A DNA stretch of 64,000 bases from Patescibacteria group bacterium (GTDB lineage Bacteria; Patescibacteriota; Microgenomatia; Levybacterales; UBA12049), in the NCBI GenBank assembly GCA_038063415.1, contig JBBTVD010000006.1:9948-73947 (forward strand), in the 5' to 3' direction. Numbering within the stretch: the first letter of the stretch is position 1; every line of letters starts with the position of its first letter. The notes below the pieces were generated by a model. The model had not been told where the DNA came from. It worked only from the letters and a program-made list of their open reading frames with translations, and made no database searches. Positions 47,855-58,000 of this stretch are shown here, one piece after another. Position numbers and translations under genes: made by a program.

Positions 47855-49661
47855 GAGGACCTTTAATATCTTTCACCTTCAATTGGATCTTTGTCCGACC
47901 ATTCCACGTGTTTTCATCAAGTGAGTATGCTACATCAATCGTGTCACCAATTTTTAAGACACCCGCCATTTCCCCCATCTTAAAAGCAATTGCTTCAAAT
48001 GATTGTCCTTCTTGAGAAAGAACGAGCTTCAAATGATTTCCTTCTTTTCCGAGTACCCGCATCTCTTCAATCATGACTCCCCTGGTTGCAAAGACAGGTT
48101 CTGGGTTTCCCATGCCAAAAGGAGAAAGTTTCTGTAGCTTTTTGTAAAGACCTTTGGTTATCTCAAAAAAGGGCAACTCACAATCAATCTTGAGCACTCG
48201 GAAAAGTATCTCTTCGGTGAGTAAACCATCGGCTGATGTTTCAAGTGTTTCTTGTAAAAGGGTTAGCTTTTCGGTTTCAACAGAAAATCCCGCCGCCATA
48301 GGGTGCCCTCCAAGAGTGAGAAACATCTGCTCATATTGTCGGAGAAACTCGATGATATTGAATCCATGCACCGAACGAACCGAAGCTTTACTCTGTTTTT
48401 CTCTTTTGGAGATGACAATTGCTGGACGATAAAATTCTTCGACTAACCTCCCGGCAATAAGGCCAATAACTCCCTCTTGATAGCTATCATGTGAAACAAT
48501 AAGAAGTTTTTTCACTTCCGCTCCTTGTTCTCTTACTATTGCAACAGCATGTTCTGTGGAATCTTTCATGAGTGTTTGTCGTTCTCTATTAATAAGTTCA
48601 ATCTTGGCAGCAAGTTCGAGAGCTCGTTTTTTGTCTTTGGTACAGAGCAGTCGCAGGCTATCCATCCCACTTTGCAGCCTTCCAGCAGCATTCAGTCGAG
48701 GAGCAATCATATAACCGACATGATAGGTGGCAATCTCTTCCTTCTCGATTTTTGCTTGTTGAAAAAGAGCAATGAGGCCAGGCCGTTTGGTTTGTGATAG
48801 TTTGGAAAGGCCATGAGCGACAATCGCTCGGTTTGCACCAGTCAGTGGCACCAGATCGGCAATCGTCCCAAGAGTAGCAAGTTCAAGATGATTATCCTGA
48901 TTTTCCGTCATTCTGGCAAGCGAACTCCGATTAAATCGGGGGAAGTCGCGTCCAGAATCGATTCTGGAGTCCTCGCCTTTGCTCGTCCCCAGAATGACTG
49001 TTTCATTTTTTTCATTTTTAGTTTTTAGTTCCTGCGCTAGCAGGTAAGCTACCCCCGCTCCACAGAGTTTTGTGGTATGGACAATTGCCAAAGCATCAGG
49101 ATTTTTTTCTCCCGCGGCATGGTGGTCGGTAATAATGATCTCAATCCCCTGCTCGTTGGCAAACCTAACGGCTCTGTTTGCAACGATCCCATTATCAACG
49201 GTAATAATTAGTGCAATTGTTCCGAGTTCTTTTTGTAAATTCTCAATACCGATTTGCGACAATCCATATCCTTCTTCAATACGATGAGGAATATAAGGAG
49301 CTACTTTTGCTCCCATTGCGTATAATGTCTCCCAAAGAATGGCTGTCCCAGTAATGCCATCAACATCATAATCACCATAGACAACCATTTGCTCTTTGTT
49401 CTCAATTGCTTTTTGTAACCTTTTAAGCGTCTTTTTTAGATGCACTGCGTTTATCCCTACGCTTTGAGGAGTTACATCAGCTAGTTTTGGATTTAGAAAA
49501 ACTTCCCGATCTTTTTTTGTCGTTATATCTCGATTGGCAAGCAGCACATCTATCAAATCATCAACACTAAATCCCAGCTCTTTTTTCTTAAGTTTGCTAA
49601 TTATTTTCCACTGTTTCATACTATTTTTTAACTCCTTCGGCAAGCCATTCATAGATTGCAT
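47844..49661 (-). CDS. recJ: single-stranded-DNA-specific exonuclease RecJ
   Basis: 605 aa. DHH motifs VVYGDYDVDGITGTAIL and IITDHH, plus DHHA1 region. Contains an in-frame palindromic insert (see 48907-48998). Confidence 0.9.
   Translation of the reverse strand: MQSMNGLPKELKNSMKQWKIISKLKKKELGFSVDDLIDVLLANRDITTKKDREVFLNPKLADVTPQSVGINAVHLKKTLKRLQKAIENKEQMVVYGDYDVDGITGTAILWETLYAMGAKVAPYIPHRIEEGYGLSQIGIENLQKELGTIALIITVDNGIVANRAVRFANEQGIEIIITDHHAAGEKNPDALAIVHTTKLCGAGVAYLLAQELKTKNEKNETVILGTSKGEDSRIDSGRDFPRFNRSSLARMTENQDNHLELATLGTIADLVPLTGANRAIVAHGLSKLSQTKRPGLIALFQQAKIEKEEIATYHVGYMIAPRLNAAGRLQSGMDSLRLLCTKDKKRALELAAKIELINRERQTLMKDSTEHAVAIVREQGAEVKKLLIVSHDSYQEGVIGLIAGRLVEEFYRPAIVISKREKQSKASVRSVHGFNIIEFLRQYEQMFLTLGGHPMAAGFSVETEKLTLLQETLETSADGLLTEEILFRVLKIDCELPFFEITKGLYKKLQKLSPFGMGNPEPVFATRGVMIEEMRVLGKEGNHLKLVLSQEGQSFEAIAFKMGEMAGVLKIGDTIDVAYSLDENTWNGRTKIQLKVKDIKGPLAN
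48907..48998. repeat. in-frame palindromic repeat element copy (in recJ), 92 bp
   Basis: gtcattctgg ... tccagaatcgattctgga ... ccagaatgac. Terminal inverted repeats GTCATTCTGG/CCAGAATGAC and a central perfect palindrome CCAGAATCGATTCTGG. Encodes ...GEDSRIDSGRDFPRFNRSSLARMTE in RecJ. Has an extra ~31-bp internal segment relative to the other copies. Confidence 0.7.
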
Positions 49662-50364
49662 GCATAAGAGGCCACTGTTCCTTATTCATCAAAAGATGAT
49701 CGCCACCGGGGACGCCAACTAATTCTTTTCTTCCTTGTAACCTATTGAAGAAACTAAGCGATTGGATAGGTTTTACATCAGTATCTGCTTCTCCATACAC
49801 AACAAGTGTTGGAACCGAAATACCTTTACCTCGGAAATGTGTTAACCAATAAGAGATCTCACTCCAAGACTCGGGATGTGTTAACAGATACATACCAATC
49901 GCTAAAGACTGATTCCCATACATCTTTCTTGGATTAAAACTAAAAAAACCATTAATCGTTATTATCTTAGCTACCTTTTTATAGGTATTAGCTGCGATGG
50001 CAACGCTAATCCCTCCGAAACTTAATCCATATAAAATAATTTCGTCGTAGTCTTGAGAGAAATGATCAATAACCTTTCCGATATCTGAAACCCGCTGCTT
50101 CAAACTGACACGCTTTTTCCCTTCACTTTCACCATAGCCAGTAAAATCAAACGGAAAGACAGAAACGCCTATGCTATGATATGTTTCAAAAACATCAGTA
50201 ACACCCGGGAAGCCAAGTACTGGTTCAACTCCGTGACAAATAATGACGATTGTTTTTGAAGTATTTTTGTAGAGATAGCCTACCAGTTTCTCTTTTTTAT
50301 CATTAAGGATTATTACTCTCTCAGGCTTCATCTGATATACTATACCAGACATGCCAGAAGGCAA
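49621..50364 (-). CDS. alpha/beta-fold hydrolase
   Basis: 247 aa. GxSxG nucleophile elbow GLSFGG and HGV oxyanion-region motif. Start may be an internal Met because the longest ORF overlaps the divergent cca start. Confidence 0.7.
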   Translation of the reverse strand: MPSGMSGIVYQMKPERVIILNDKKEKLVGYLYKNTSKTIVIICHGVEPVLGFPGVTDVFETYHSIGVSVFPFDFTGYGESEGKKRVSLKQRVSDIGKVIDHFSQDYDEIILYGLSFGGISVAIAANTYKKVAKIITINGFFSFNPRKMYGNQSLAIGMYLLTHPESWSEISYWLTHFRGKGISVPTLVVYGEADTDVKPIQSLSFFNRLQGRKELVGVPGGDHLLMNKEQWPLMHAIYEWLAEGVKK

Positions 50365-51790
50365 ACAAGCTATGGAACAAAAGATCCCAAAGCATATTCT
50401 CGAACTTGAAAAAACATTTACGACAGCCGGCTTTACTATTTATTTTGTCGGAGGATGTGTACGGGATATGCTGGCACAGCGTCCAATAAAAGATTGGGAT
50501 TTGACAACCAATGCAACTCCTGAGCAAATGCTTGGGCTTTTTCCTGACGCCTTTTATGATAATCAATTTGGTACGGTTGGTATCCCTCTCAAAGATATCC
50601 CAGAAAGTGAACACCCAGAAGTTGTTGAAGTAACAACCTTCCGTACCGAAAAAGGCTATACAGATCGGCGCCATCCAGAGAAGGTTGAATGGGGAAAGAC
50701 CATTGAAGAAGACCTTTCCCGTCGTGACTTCACAATCAATGCGATGGCCCTACCTATTCGTCATTCTGGGGAGGAACAAAGTGACGACTCCAGAATCGAT
50801 CCTGGACAAGCCAGAATGACAGACATTATAGATCCCTATCATGGACAGGAGGATTTAAAAAATAAAGTAATTCGTGCCGTTGGTGATCCAAATTTGAGAT
50901 TTAAGGAAGATGCACTTCGACTCATGCGAGCAATTCGCTTTGCTGCACAATTAGGCTTTATCATTGAACCACAGACATTACAAGCAGTGAGTACCGATGC
51001 CCCACTTCTCTCTGAAATATCACAAGAAAGAGTACGTGATGAATTACTCAAAATTCTGGGGAGCGACTATCCCTATGAAGGAATTATGATGCTCAAAAAC
51101 ACAAGCCTTCTTCAATTTATTCTGCCGGAACTTATTGAAGGAGTTAGTATTTCTCAGAAGCGTCCAGGACGACATCATACCGAAGACGTCTTTACGCACA
51201 ACGTACTTTCTTTAAAATATTGTCCGGCAACAGATCCTGTTGTACGGTTTGCGACACTTATTCACGATGTTGGTAAACCTCGCGTCGCTGCGCAAGATGA
51301 GAATGGTTTAATCATTTTTTATAACCATGAAGTTGCCGGTGCACGAATGGCTTACAATATTGCACAACGGTTACGGCTGTCCAAAAAACAACGGGAGAAG
51401 ATAACCAAATTAATCAGATGGCATATGTTCACGGTTGATGAACATATCACAGATAGTGCAGTCAGACGGTTTATCAGACGAATTGGTGTCGAGAATGTCA
51501 AAGATATGATGGATCTACGAGTTGGAGACCGACTTGGTGGCGGGACGCAAACGGCAGAAAGTTGGCGATTGAAATTATTTAAAAAACGCCTTGAAGAACA
51601 GCTTGCTCCAGCTCCTTTCTCTATAAACAATCTAGCGATTGACGGCAATGATATCATGAAAGAATTACAAATGAAACCAGGCAAAGAGGTTGGTGAACTA
51701 TTACAAAAACTCTTTGCAGAAGTTGATGAAGATATGGAGAAAAATACGAGAGAATATTTACTCAAGAGAGTTAAGGAATTAATAGCTTAA
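50351..51790 (+). CDS. cca: CCA-adding tRNA nucleotidyltransferase with a C-terminal HD domain
   Basis: 479 aa. Pol-beta-like head YFVGGCVRDML...DWDLTT. HD-domain region (HD..KP). Contains an in-frame palindromic insert (50760-50820). Start may be the downstream Met (MEQKIPK). Confidence 0.85.
   Translation: MPEGKQAMEQKIPKHILELEKTFTTAGFTIYFVGGCVRDMLAQRPIKDWDLTTNATPEQMLGLFPDAFYDNQFGTVGIPLKDIPESEHPEVVEVTTFRTEKGYTDRRHPEKVEWGKTIEEDLSRRDFTINAMALPIRHSGEEQSDDSRIDPGQARMTDIIDPYHGQEDLKNKVIRAVGDPNLRFKEDALRLMRAIRFAAQLGFIIEPQTLQAVSTDAPLLSEISQERVRDELLKILGSDYPYEGIMMLKNTSLLQFILPELIEGVSISQKRPGRHHTEDVFTHNVLSLKYCPATDPVVRFATLIHDVGKPRVAAQDENGLIIFYNHEVAGARMAYNIAQRLRLSKKQREKITKLIRWHMFTVDEHITDSAVRRFIRRIGVENVKDMMDLRVGDRLGGGTQTAESWRLKLFKKRLEEQLAPAPFSINNLAIDGNDIMKELQMKPGKEVGELLQKLFAEVDEDMEKNTREYLLKRVKELIA
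50760..50820. repeat. in-frame palindromic repeat element copy (in cca), 61 bp
   Basis: gtcattctggggaggaacaaagtgacgactccagaatcgatcctggacaagccagaatgac, encoding RHSGEEQSDDSRIDPGQARMTD. Confidence 0.7.
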
Positions 51791-51804
51791 ACGGTAAGTA
51801 ACAC

Positions 51805-52092
51805 TTACTTCTCTTTCTTTCCAACAGCTCCATGCCCTGCATGGAAAAGACCGATGAGAAGTAGCCCTAAAGCAAATGATATAAATGAAATCATCGGATA
51901 CTGGCTCCAATCTACTCGTGTGAACAAAACTGCTGAAAGAATAAAACAAAACCATCCAGAAAGAAGATTTGGAATAGGACCATTACCAAAAGCCATAGGA
52001 TAGGATTCTTTTGTAATACCTTTTACAAAATGGGGTATAGCATTTCCCCCCAATAATCCAGAAAAAAAGCTTAAAAGAATTGCCGCGAACAT
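51805..52092 (-). CDS. small hydrophobic membrane protein (hypothetical)
   Basis: 95 aa, three predicted TM segments. No known motif. Confidence 0.45.
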   Translation of the reverse strand: MFAAILLSFFSGLLGGNAIPHFVKGITKESYPMAFGNGPIPNLLSGWFCFILSAVLFTRVDWSQYPMISFISFALGLLLIGLFHAGHGAVGKKEK

Positions 52093-52164
52093 AATTCTAT
52101 TATAACATTGTTTTCTATCTACTACAAACTAGTATCCTAAAACAAAAAATGATATCATACAACT

Positions 52165-52614
52165 ATGCTCAAAGAACAACTCAGAGAAGAACTCAAACAG
52201 GCAATGTTTGCAAAAGATGAAACCAAGAAGTCAGTACTTCGGATGCTGATATCTGCTATTGGCTACTTTGAAATCGAAAAGGGTGGTGCAGGATATGAAG
52301 CAACAGAACAAGATGTTATGGATGTTATAGGGAAACAAGCAAAACAACGACGTGACTCTATTGAGCAATTTACCACAGCCGGAAGAACAGAATTGGTTGA
52401 AAATGAGACAAAAGAACTTGCAATACTACAATCTTATCTCCCCCAGCAAATGGGTGAAGAAGAAATCAAAACATTAGTAAAAGAAGCAATTGCCGCGACA
52501 GGTGCCACCACTTCAGCTGATATGGGTAAAGTAATGGGAGCACTTATGCCAAAAACAAAAGGCAAAGCAGATGGAGCGCTCGTTAGTAAAATTGTCCGCG
52601 AATCACTCGCTTAA
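52165..52614 (+). CDS. GatB/YqeY-domain protein
   Basis: 149 aa. N-terminal LKEQLREELKQAMFAKDETKKSVLRML and overall YqeY-like pattern. Confidence 0.8.
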   Translation: MLKEQLREELKQAMFAKDETKKSVLRMLISAIGYFEIEKGGAGYEATEQDVMDVIGKQAKQRRDSIEQFTTAGRTELVENETKELAILQSYLPQQMGEEEIKTLVKEAIAATGATTSADMGKVMGALMPKTKGKADGALVSKIVRESLA

Positions 52615-52626
52615 CCTCTTTGTCGC

Positions 52627-52655
52627 TTGACAGAAGCATTTGTTTTTCCTATAAA
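52627..52655 (+). promoter_or_regulatory. candidate sigma70 promoter TTGACA-N17-TATAAA upstream of the purF leader
   Basis: ttgaca 52627-52632, tataaa 52650-52655. Confidence 0.4.
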
Positions 52656-52719
52656 TAAAGAATAAAAGATGAGACTTCTACAAAAAAAGAAATCATTAAA
52701 ATAACTCAAGGGAAATGAC

Positions 52720-52743
52720 GCCGCTTAAAAGCGGCTTTTTTTT
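52720..52743 (+). terminator. intrinsic terminator/attenuator hairpin 12 nt before the purF-purN start
   Basis: gccgc-ttaaaa-gcggc followed by tttttttt. Confidence 0.65.
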
Positions 52744-52757
52744 ATTCTCTTAATGAT

Positions 52758-54884
52758 ATGGTTCAAAGAAAACTAAAAGAAAAATGTGGCATTATCGGCG
52801 TGTATACGGCAAGTCAACACGCTTCCTCCTATGCCAAACAAGGATTGGCTGCATTGCAGCATCGGGGGCAAGAAAGTGCCGGGATGAGTATTCTTACTCC
52901 ACAAAAAAAGATCAAAACCTATACCGGCATGGGAATCATTCCGCATGTTTTAACAAATAGTGTCCTTAAAAAATTAGGGGAGAATGCTATGGCGATTGGA
53001 CATAACAGATACGCAACTTCTGGACATGGCGCATTAGGTAACGCTCATCCTATTGAAATTAAAAATAAAAAATATCAGGTTAGTATTGGACATAATGGTA
53101 ATATTCCAGAGCTTTCATCTATTCGGAAAAAACTAGGTGAGAAAAAAAGAACAATAAGCGATACGACACTTATGGCACGGCTGCTTATGCAGGAACGTCC
53201 TCAATTTACTTCATGGGAAGGAACTCTCATCAATACGCTTCCAGAATTTAAAGGGGCATATAATCTTGTTTTTTTGACAAACGATGGTTCACTCTTTGGT
53301 ATCCGTGATCCTTATGGCATACGACCCCTTTGTCTTGGGAAACTACCTGATGGTTGGGTCGTAGCTTCTGAATCGGTAGCACTTGACGCAATTGGCGCTC
53401 ACTTTGTTCGAGACATACATCCCGGAGAAATTATAAAAATAACACTCGATGGCAAAATCGAATCATACTTTTTTGGAGAACCCAAAAGGCAACAATTTTG
53501 TCTTTTTGAATTTATTTATTTTGCTCGACCGGATAGTTTTATTAATGGCAAAAGGGTTCGTACCACCCGAGAAGCAGCCGGAAAACTTCTTGGAAAAAGA
53601 CTTAAACAAAAAGATATCCGACCCGATGTCGTAGTACCAACTTTTGACTCAGGATATCCAGCCGCAAAAGGGGTAGCAGAAGAGCTTGGACTTCCGATAG
53701 TTGATGCAATCACGACAAGTCATTATATTGGGAGGACATTTATCCAACCAGGACAAGAAAATAGAGTTGCGGCTGTTAAGGGAAAACATAATATCGTCCC
53801 TGATGATATTATCGGCAAACATGTCGTCATTGTTGATGATTCCGCAGTACGATTAACAACGAGTACTGTTCTTGCACGAGAGTTTAAACAAGCAGGAGCA
53901 AAAAAAGTAACGATGGCATTTGCTAGCCCCCCAGTTATTGAACAATGTGATTTGGGCATTGATATGCGCAGTAAAAAATATCTTCCTGCCTCCCAATTTG
54001 AGAATCAACCATTTGAAGAAATTGAAAGGCAAGTTGCATCACTGATTAACGCGCATGATGTAGTATACCTACCAATTGAAGAAACAATTAAGGCAATTGG
54101 TGGTACGACAAAAGACTTTTATCACTACCCATTTGGCGGACCTCACCCTCTACGTTCAAACCAGGAAGCATTTGCAAAAAAAAGAGAAACGAAACAAGGC
54201 AAACCAAAAATCTTTGTTTTTATTTCCGGATCAGGAACAAATTTACAAGTAATTATTGATATGATTAACGAGAAAAAAATTAATGCCGAGATTGTCGCAG
54301 TTCTTTCAAATAAAGAGGATGCTTATGGACTCACCCGAGCAAAACAACACCATATTCCAACGATAATTCTTCCTTACTCAGAAAAACTAAACGATGCGAA
54401 AGCTCGACAAAGCTATGAAAAAAAGCTTATACAACAGGTGCAACTCTATAATCCTGATATTATTTTACTTTCTGGATGGACATTTATTCTGGGTGATACA
54501 TTTTTGCAAGCAATGCAAAAAACAGGTGTTCCTATCATTAACCATCACCCTGCACTTCTTTCGCAACATGCAGAAAGAGTAGTACAAACATCACGAGGAG
54601 CTATTCCAGTGATTCGCGGCCCGCATGGATTTAAAGACGCTTACGAAAAAAATCTACCGGTCTCAGGAATTACCGTCCATCAAGTATTACCAGGTAATAG
54701 CGTTGACATGGGACCAATTATTACCAAAGCAGAAGTACGAAGAAAAACAAATGATACTCCTGAAACGTTCGAAAAAAGGATCCGAGAAATGGAATATGTA
54801 TTACTTCCAACTGCTATAAAAAGAATTTTGCATGTAACCAATCACCATAATATTGATATTAGTAAAGGAGACTTTCCCTGGTAG
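52758..54884 (+). CDS. purF: fused amidophosphoribosyltransferase (PurF) + phosphoribosylglycinamide formyltransferase (PurN)
   Basis: 708 aa. N-terminal Ntn-glutaminase Cys after a short propeptide (KEKCGIIGVY). PRTase region. C-terminal PurN formyltransferase region (KIFVFISGSGTNLQVIID..., INHHPALL). Confidence 0.9.
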   Translation: MVQRKLKEKCGIIGVYTASQHASSYAKQGLAALQHRGQESAGMSILTPQKKIKTYTGMGIIPHVLTNSVLKKLGENAMAIGHNRYATSGHGALGNAHPIEIKNKKYQVSIGHNGNIPELSSIRKKLGEKKRTISDTTLMARLLMQERPQFTSWEGTLINTLPEFKGAYNLVFLTNDGSLFGIRDPYGIRPLCLGKLPDGWVVASESVALDAIGAHFVRDIHPGEIIKITLDGKIESYFFGEPKRQQFCLFEFIYFARPDSFINGKRVRTTREAAGKLLGKRLKQKDIRPDVVVPTFDSGYPAAKGVAEELGLPIVDAITTSHYIGRTFIQPGQENRVAAVKGKHNIVPDDIIGKHVVIVDDSAVRLTTSTVLAREFKQAGAKKVTMAFASPPVIEQCDLGIDMRSKKYLPASQFENQPFEEIERQVASLINAHDVVYLPIEETIKAIGGTTKDFYHYPFGGPHPLRSNQEAFAKKRETKQGKPKIFVFISGSGTNLQVIIDMINEKKINAEIVAVLSNKEDAYGLTRAKQHHIPTIILPYSEKLNDAKARQSYEKKLIQQVQLYNPDIILLSGWTFILGDTFLQAMQKTGVPIINHHPALLSQHAERVVQTSRGAIPVIRGPHGFKDAYEKNLPVSGITVHQVLPGNSVDMGPIITKAEVRRKTNDTPETFEKRIREMEYVLLPTAIKRILHVTNHHNIDISKGDFPW

Positions 54885-55022
54885 CAACGAACTATTTTAA
54901 TTTTTAGAAAGCGAGGAATATATTTTTTCGCAGTGATCAATAGTGATAATGTGGTTGAAGAATCTATCTTAAACTTTTTCGCGTGGATCACAAGAAAAAA
55001 TTTCATTCCGAGCAAATAACAT
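54885..55022 (+). promoter_or_regulatory. conserved ~115-nt leader upstream of purD-purS-purL (paralog of 59364-59505); candidate cis-regulatory element
   Basis: Shared blocks TAGAAAGYGAGGAA, TTTTTCGCAGTGATC, TTTTCGCGTGGATCACAAGAAAAA, TTTCRTTCCGARC. GTGATC/GATCAC could pair. One compensatory change in a small hairpin (TCA-ATAG-TGA vs TCG-ATAG-CGA). Confidence 0.5.
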
Positions 55023-58000
55023 ATGAAAAAAAAGAATAACATTTTGATTATTGGTTCAGGGGCACGAGAACATGCCTTGGGATGGAAATTTAAACAATCA
55101 CCAAGAATTGATAAGATATATTTTGCTCCAGGAACTGCTGGGACAGAACTTATTGGAAAAACTACCAATATAGCATTTTCTGATATTCCTTCACTAATTA
55201 CCTTTGCAAAAGAAAATGCGATAGATCTTACGGTCGCTGGACCTGATGATGCACTTGCAGCAGGAGTCGTAAATAGCTTTCAAGACAATGGGCTTAACAT
55301 TTTTGGACCAACCAAAGAAGCTGCTCAAATAGAATCGTCAAAAGCTTTTGCAAAAAAAATAATGCAAGAAGAAAACATACCAACTGCAACCTATCAAACA
55401 TTTACTTCATTTACCAAAGCAAAAAACTACCTGCAGAAGCAATCGCTCCCTATTGTTATCAAAGCCAGCGGACTTGCCCTTGGGAAAGGCGTGATCATCG
55501 CGCAAACAAAAGAAGCAGCAGAAAAAACACTTGAAGATATCCTCATTAAAAAGGTCTTTGGTGATGCGGGGAAAGAGGTCATTATTGAAGAGTTTTTGAT
55601 CGGTCCAGAAATTTCTATTCATGCATTTTCTGACGGAGAAAATGTGTCACTCTTCCCGGCAGCACGCGATCACAAGCCAATTTTTGAAGGTAATCATGGG
55701 CCAAACACAGGAGGCATGGGAACAATCGCTCCTCTTCCAGAAATAACGGACGAACAACTTGAAGAAATTAAAAAAACAATTGTCTTACCAATTATCCAAG
55801 GGCTGAAGAAACGTGGTATGCCTTTTGTGGGATGCCTTTATCCAGGATTAATCTTGACAAAAGAAGGCCCAAAAGTATTGGAGTTTAATGCTCGATTTGG
55901 CGACCCCGAAATGGAGTCCTATATGAGACTTCTTGAGACAGATATCCTTGATATCCTCATTGCTTGTACCGAAGGCAAATTAAATAAACAGAGAATTATT
56001 TGGTCGATTCAAGCTGCTTGCTGTATTGTCTTAGCTTCTGCGGGCTATCCTGTAACTTCCCATAAAGGTGATGTTATCAAAGGGTTAGAAAAAGTGGGAA
56101 AACAAAAAGATATTGTTGTCTTTCATTTTGCGACAAAAAAAGTACAGGGGGTAATGAGGACAAATGGTGGCCGAGTCCTTGGCGTTACCGCAGTTGGCAA
56201 AAACCTTGATGAGGCAGTTGATAAGGCCTATGCAGCCATTGGAAAAGATGGTATCCATTTTGCTGGGATGCAATATAGAAAAGATATTGGACGGATAAAA
56301 AAGAGTAAGATTATTGAGAGTGATGCAGGAGCGAAGCAATCTCTTCCAGAAAAGATAACAAGACTTGAGGTTTTTTCAAAAATCCCTGATACTCGGGCTG
56401 TTGTCAAAAAGAAAAAATTACAAGGGGTGAATGAAAAAATTAAAAAGGTGTCTCTTGCTGATGTGTATACCATAGATAAAGGCTTTTCAGAAAATGAGTT
56501 ACAAAGAATCGCAGAAACACTTTCTAATCCAACGACACAAAGCTATACTTTTTCACCAAACCAATCATTCAAAAAAAAGTCTTTTACGTGGGCTATTGAA
56601 ATAGGCTTCCTCCCTGGTGTTACCGATAATATTGCAACAACTGCAAAAGAAACAATTGCTGATTTACTCGATAAGCCATTTAATGAAGGAGAAAATATTC
56701 ATACATCTCAGCTTATTTTCCTTGAGGGAGATATAAACAAAAAAGAAGCAGAAGAAATTGCTACGATGCTGTATAACCCGCTAATTCAGAGAATGCATCT
56801 TAAAAGCTTTAAAGAGTATCAAAAAGATAATGGGATGGATATTATCGTTCCAAAAGTAAAACTTGAAAAAGAACCAGAGATAAGAGAAGTTAACCTTAGC
56901 GTCTCAGATGAAGAGCTTACCGTTATTGGGAAAAAAGGTATTGCAAACTCTGATGCAATCGGAGCAAGACGAGGACCACTAGCACTTGATCTTGTGTATA
57001 TGAAAATTATTCAAAAATATTTTAAAAAGCTTAAAAGAAACCCAACGGATATTGAACTTGAGTCCATTGCACAGACATGGTCGGAGCATTGTAAACATAC
57101 TATTTTTGCTGATCCTATTGACGAGATCAAAGAAGGATTATTTAAAAGGTATATCAAACAAGCTACTGAGGAAATTCGTAAGAAAAAAGGGAAACGTGAC
57201 TTTTGTGTCTCTGTCTTTACCGATAATTCAGGGGGCATCGCTTTTGATAACGAATATTTGATAACACATAAAGTAGAAACCCACAATAGTCCATCAGCAC
57301 TTGATCCTTTTGGGGGAGCAATTACAGGGATTGTGGGAGTCAATCGTGACGCGCTTGGTTTTGGTCTTGGAGCAAAACCCGTTGCAAATATGTACGGCTA
57401 TTGTCTTGCTGATCCACGAAAAGATATCCCTCTTTATAAAGGTAAAAATCAAACACAAAAAATGCTCTCATCCAGGCGGATTATGGATGGAGTTATTGAT
57501 GGCGTAAATGCTGGAGGTAACCAATCAGGGATTCCAACACCCCAAGGATTTATGTATTTTGATGAACGGTACCGCGGTAAGCCACTTGTTTTTGTCGGTA
57601 CCGTAGGTCTCATCCCACGTAAAATTCAAGGGAAGCTTTCGCATGTAAAAGAAGCACAACCCGGAGATTATATTGTCATGATTGGAGGAAGGGTCGGCAA
57701 AGATGGTATCCATGGCGCAACCTTTTCATCAGAAGCACTCGATAGTGGAAGTCCTGCAAGTGCGGTACAAATTGGTGACCCGATCACCCAGAAAAAACTC
57801 AGTGATGCCCTTGTCAAAGAAGCCCGAGACCAACTGCTCTATACAAGTATTACCGATAATGGCGCAGGAGGACTCTCTTGTTCTGTCTCTGAAATGGCCA
57901 AAGAATCAGGTGGTTGTCTGGTGGAGTTAGAAAAAATACCCCTGAAATATCCAGGACTTGATCCTTGGGAAATATGGATCTCCGAATCACAAGAGCGAAT

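Noticed and set aside
53687-53695. A fourth copy of the TGGACTTCC motif inside purF.
   Set aside because: Only the 9-mer matches and the downstream CGGTAYCTTG half is absent. Considered chance.
54885-55022. Assigning the conserved pur leaders to the ZTP (pfl) or guanine riboswitch classes.
   Set aside because: I could not find the characteristic conserved segments of either class as I remember them. Kept as an unnamed candidate regulatory element.
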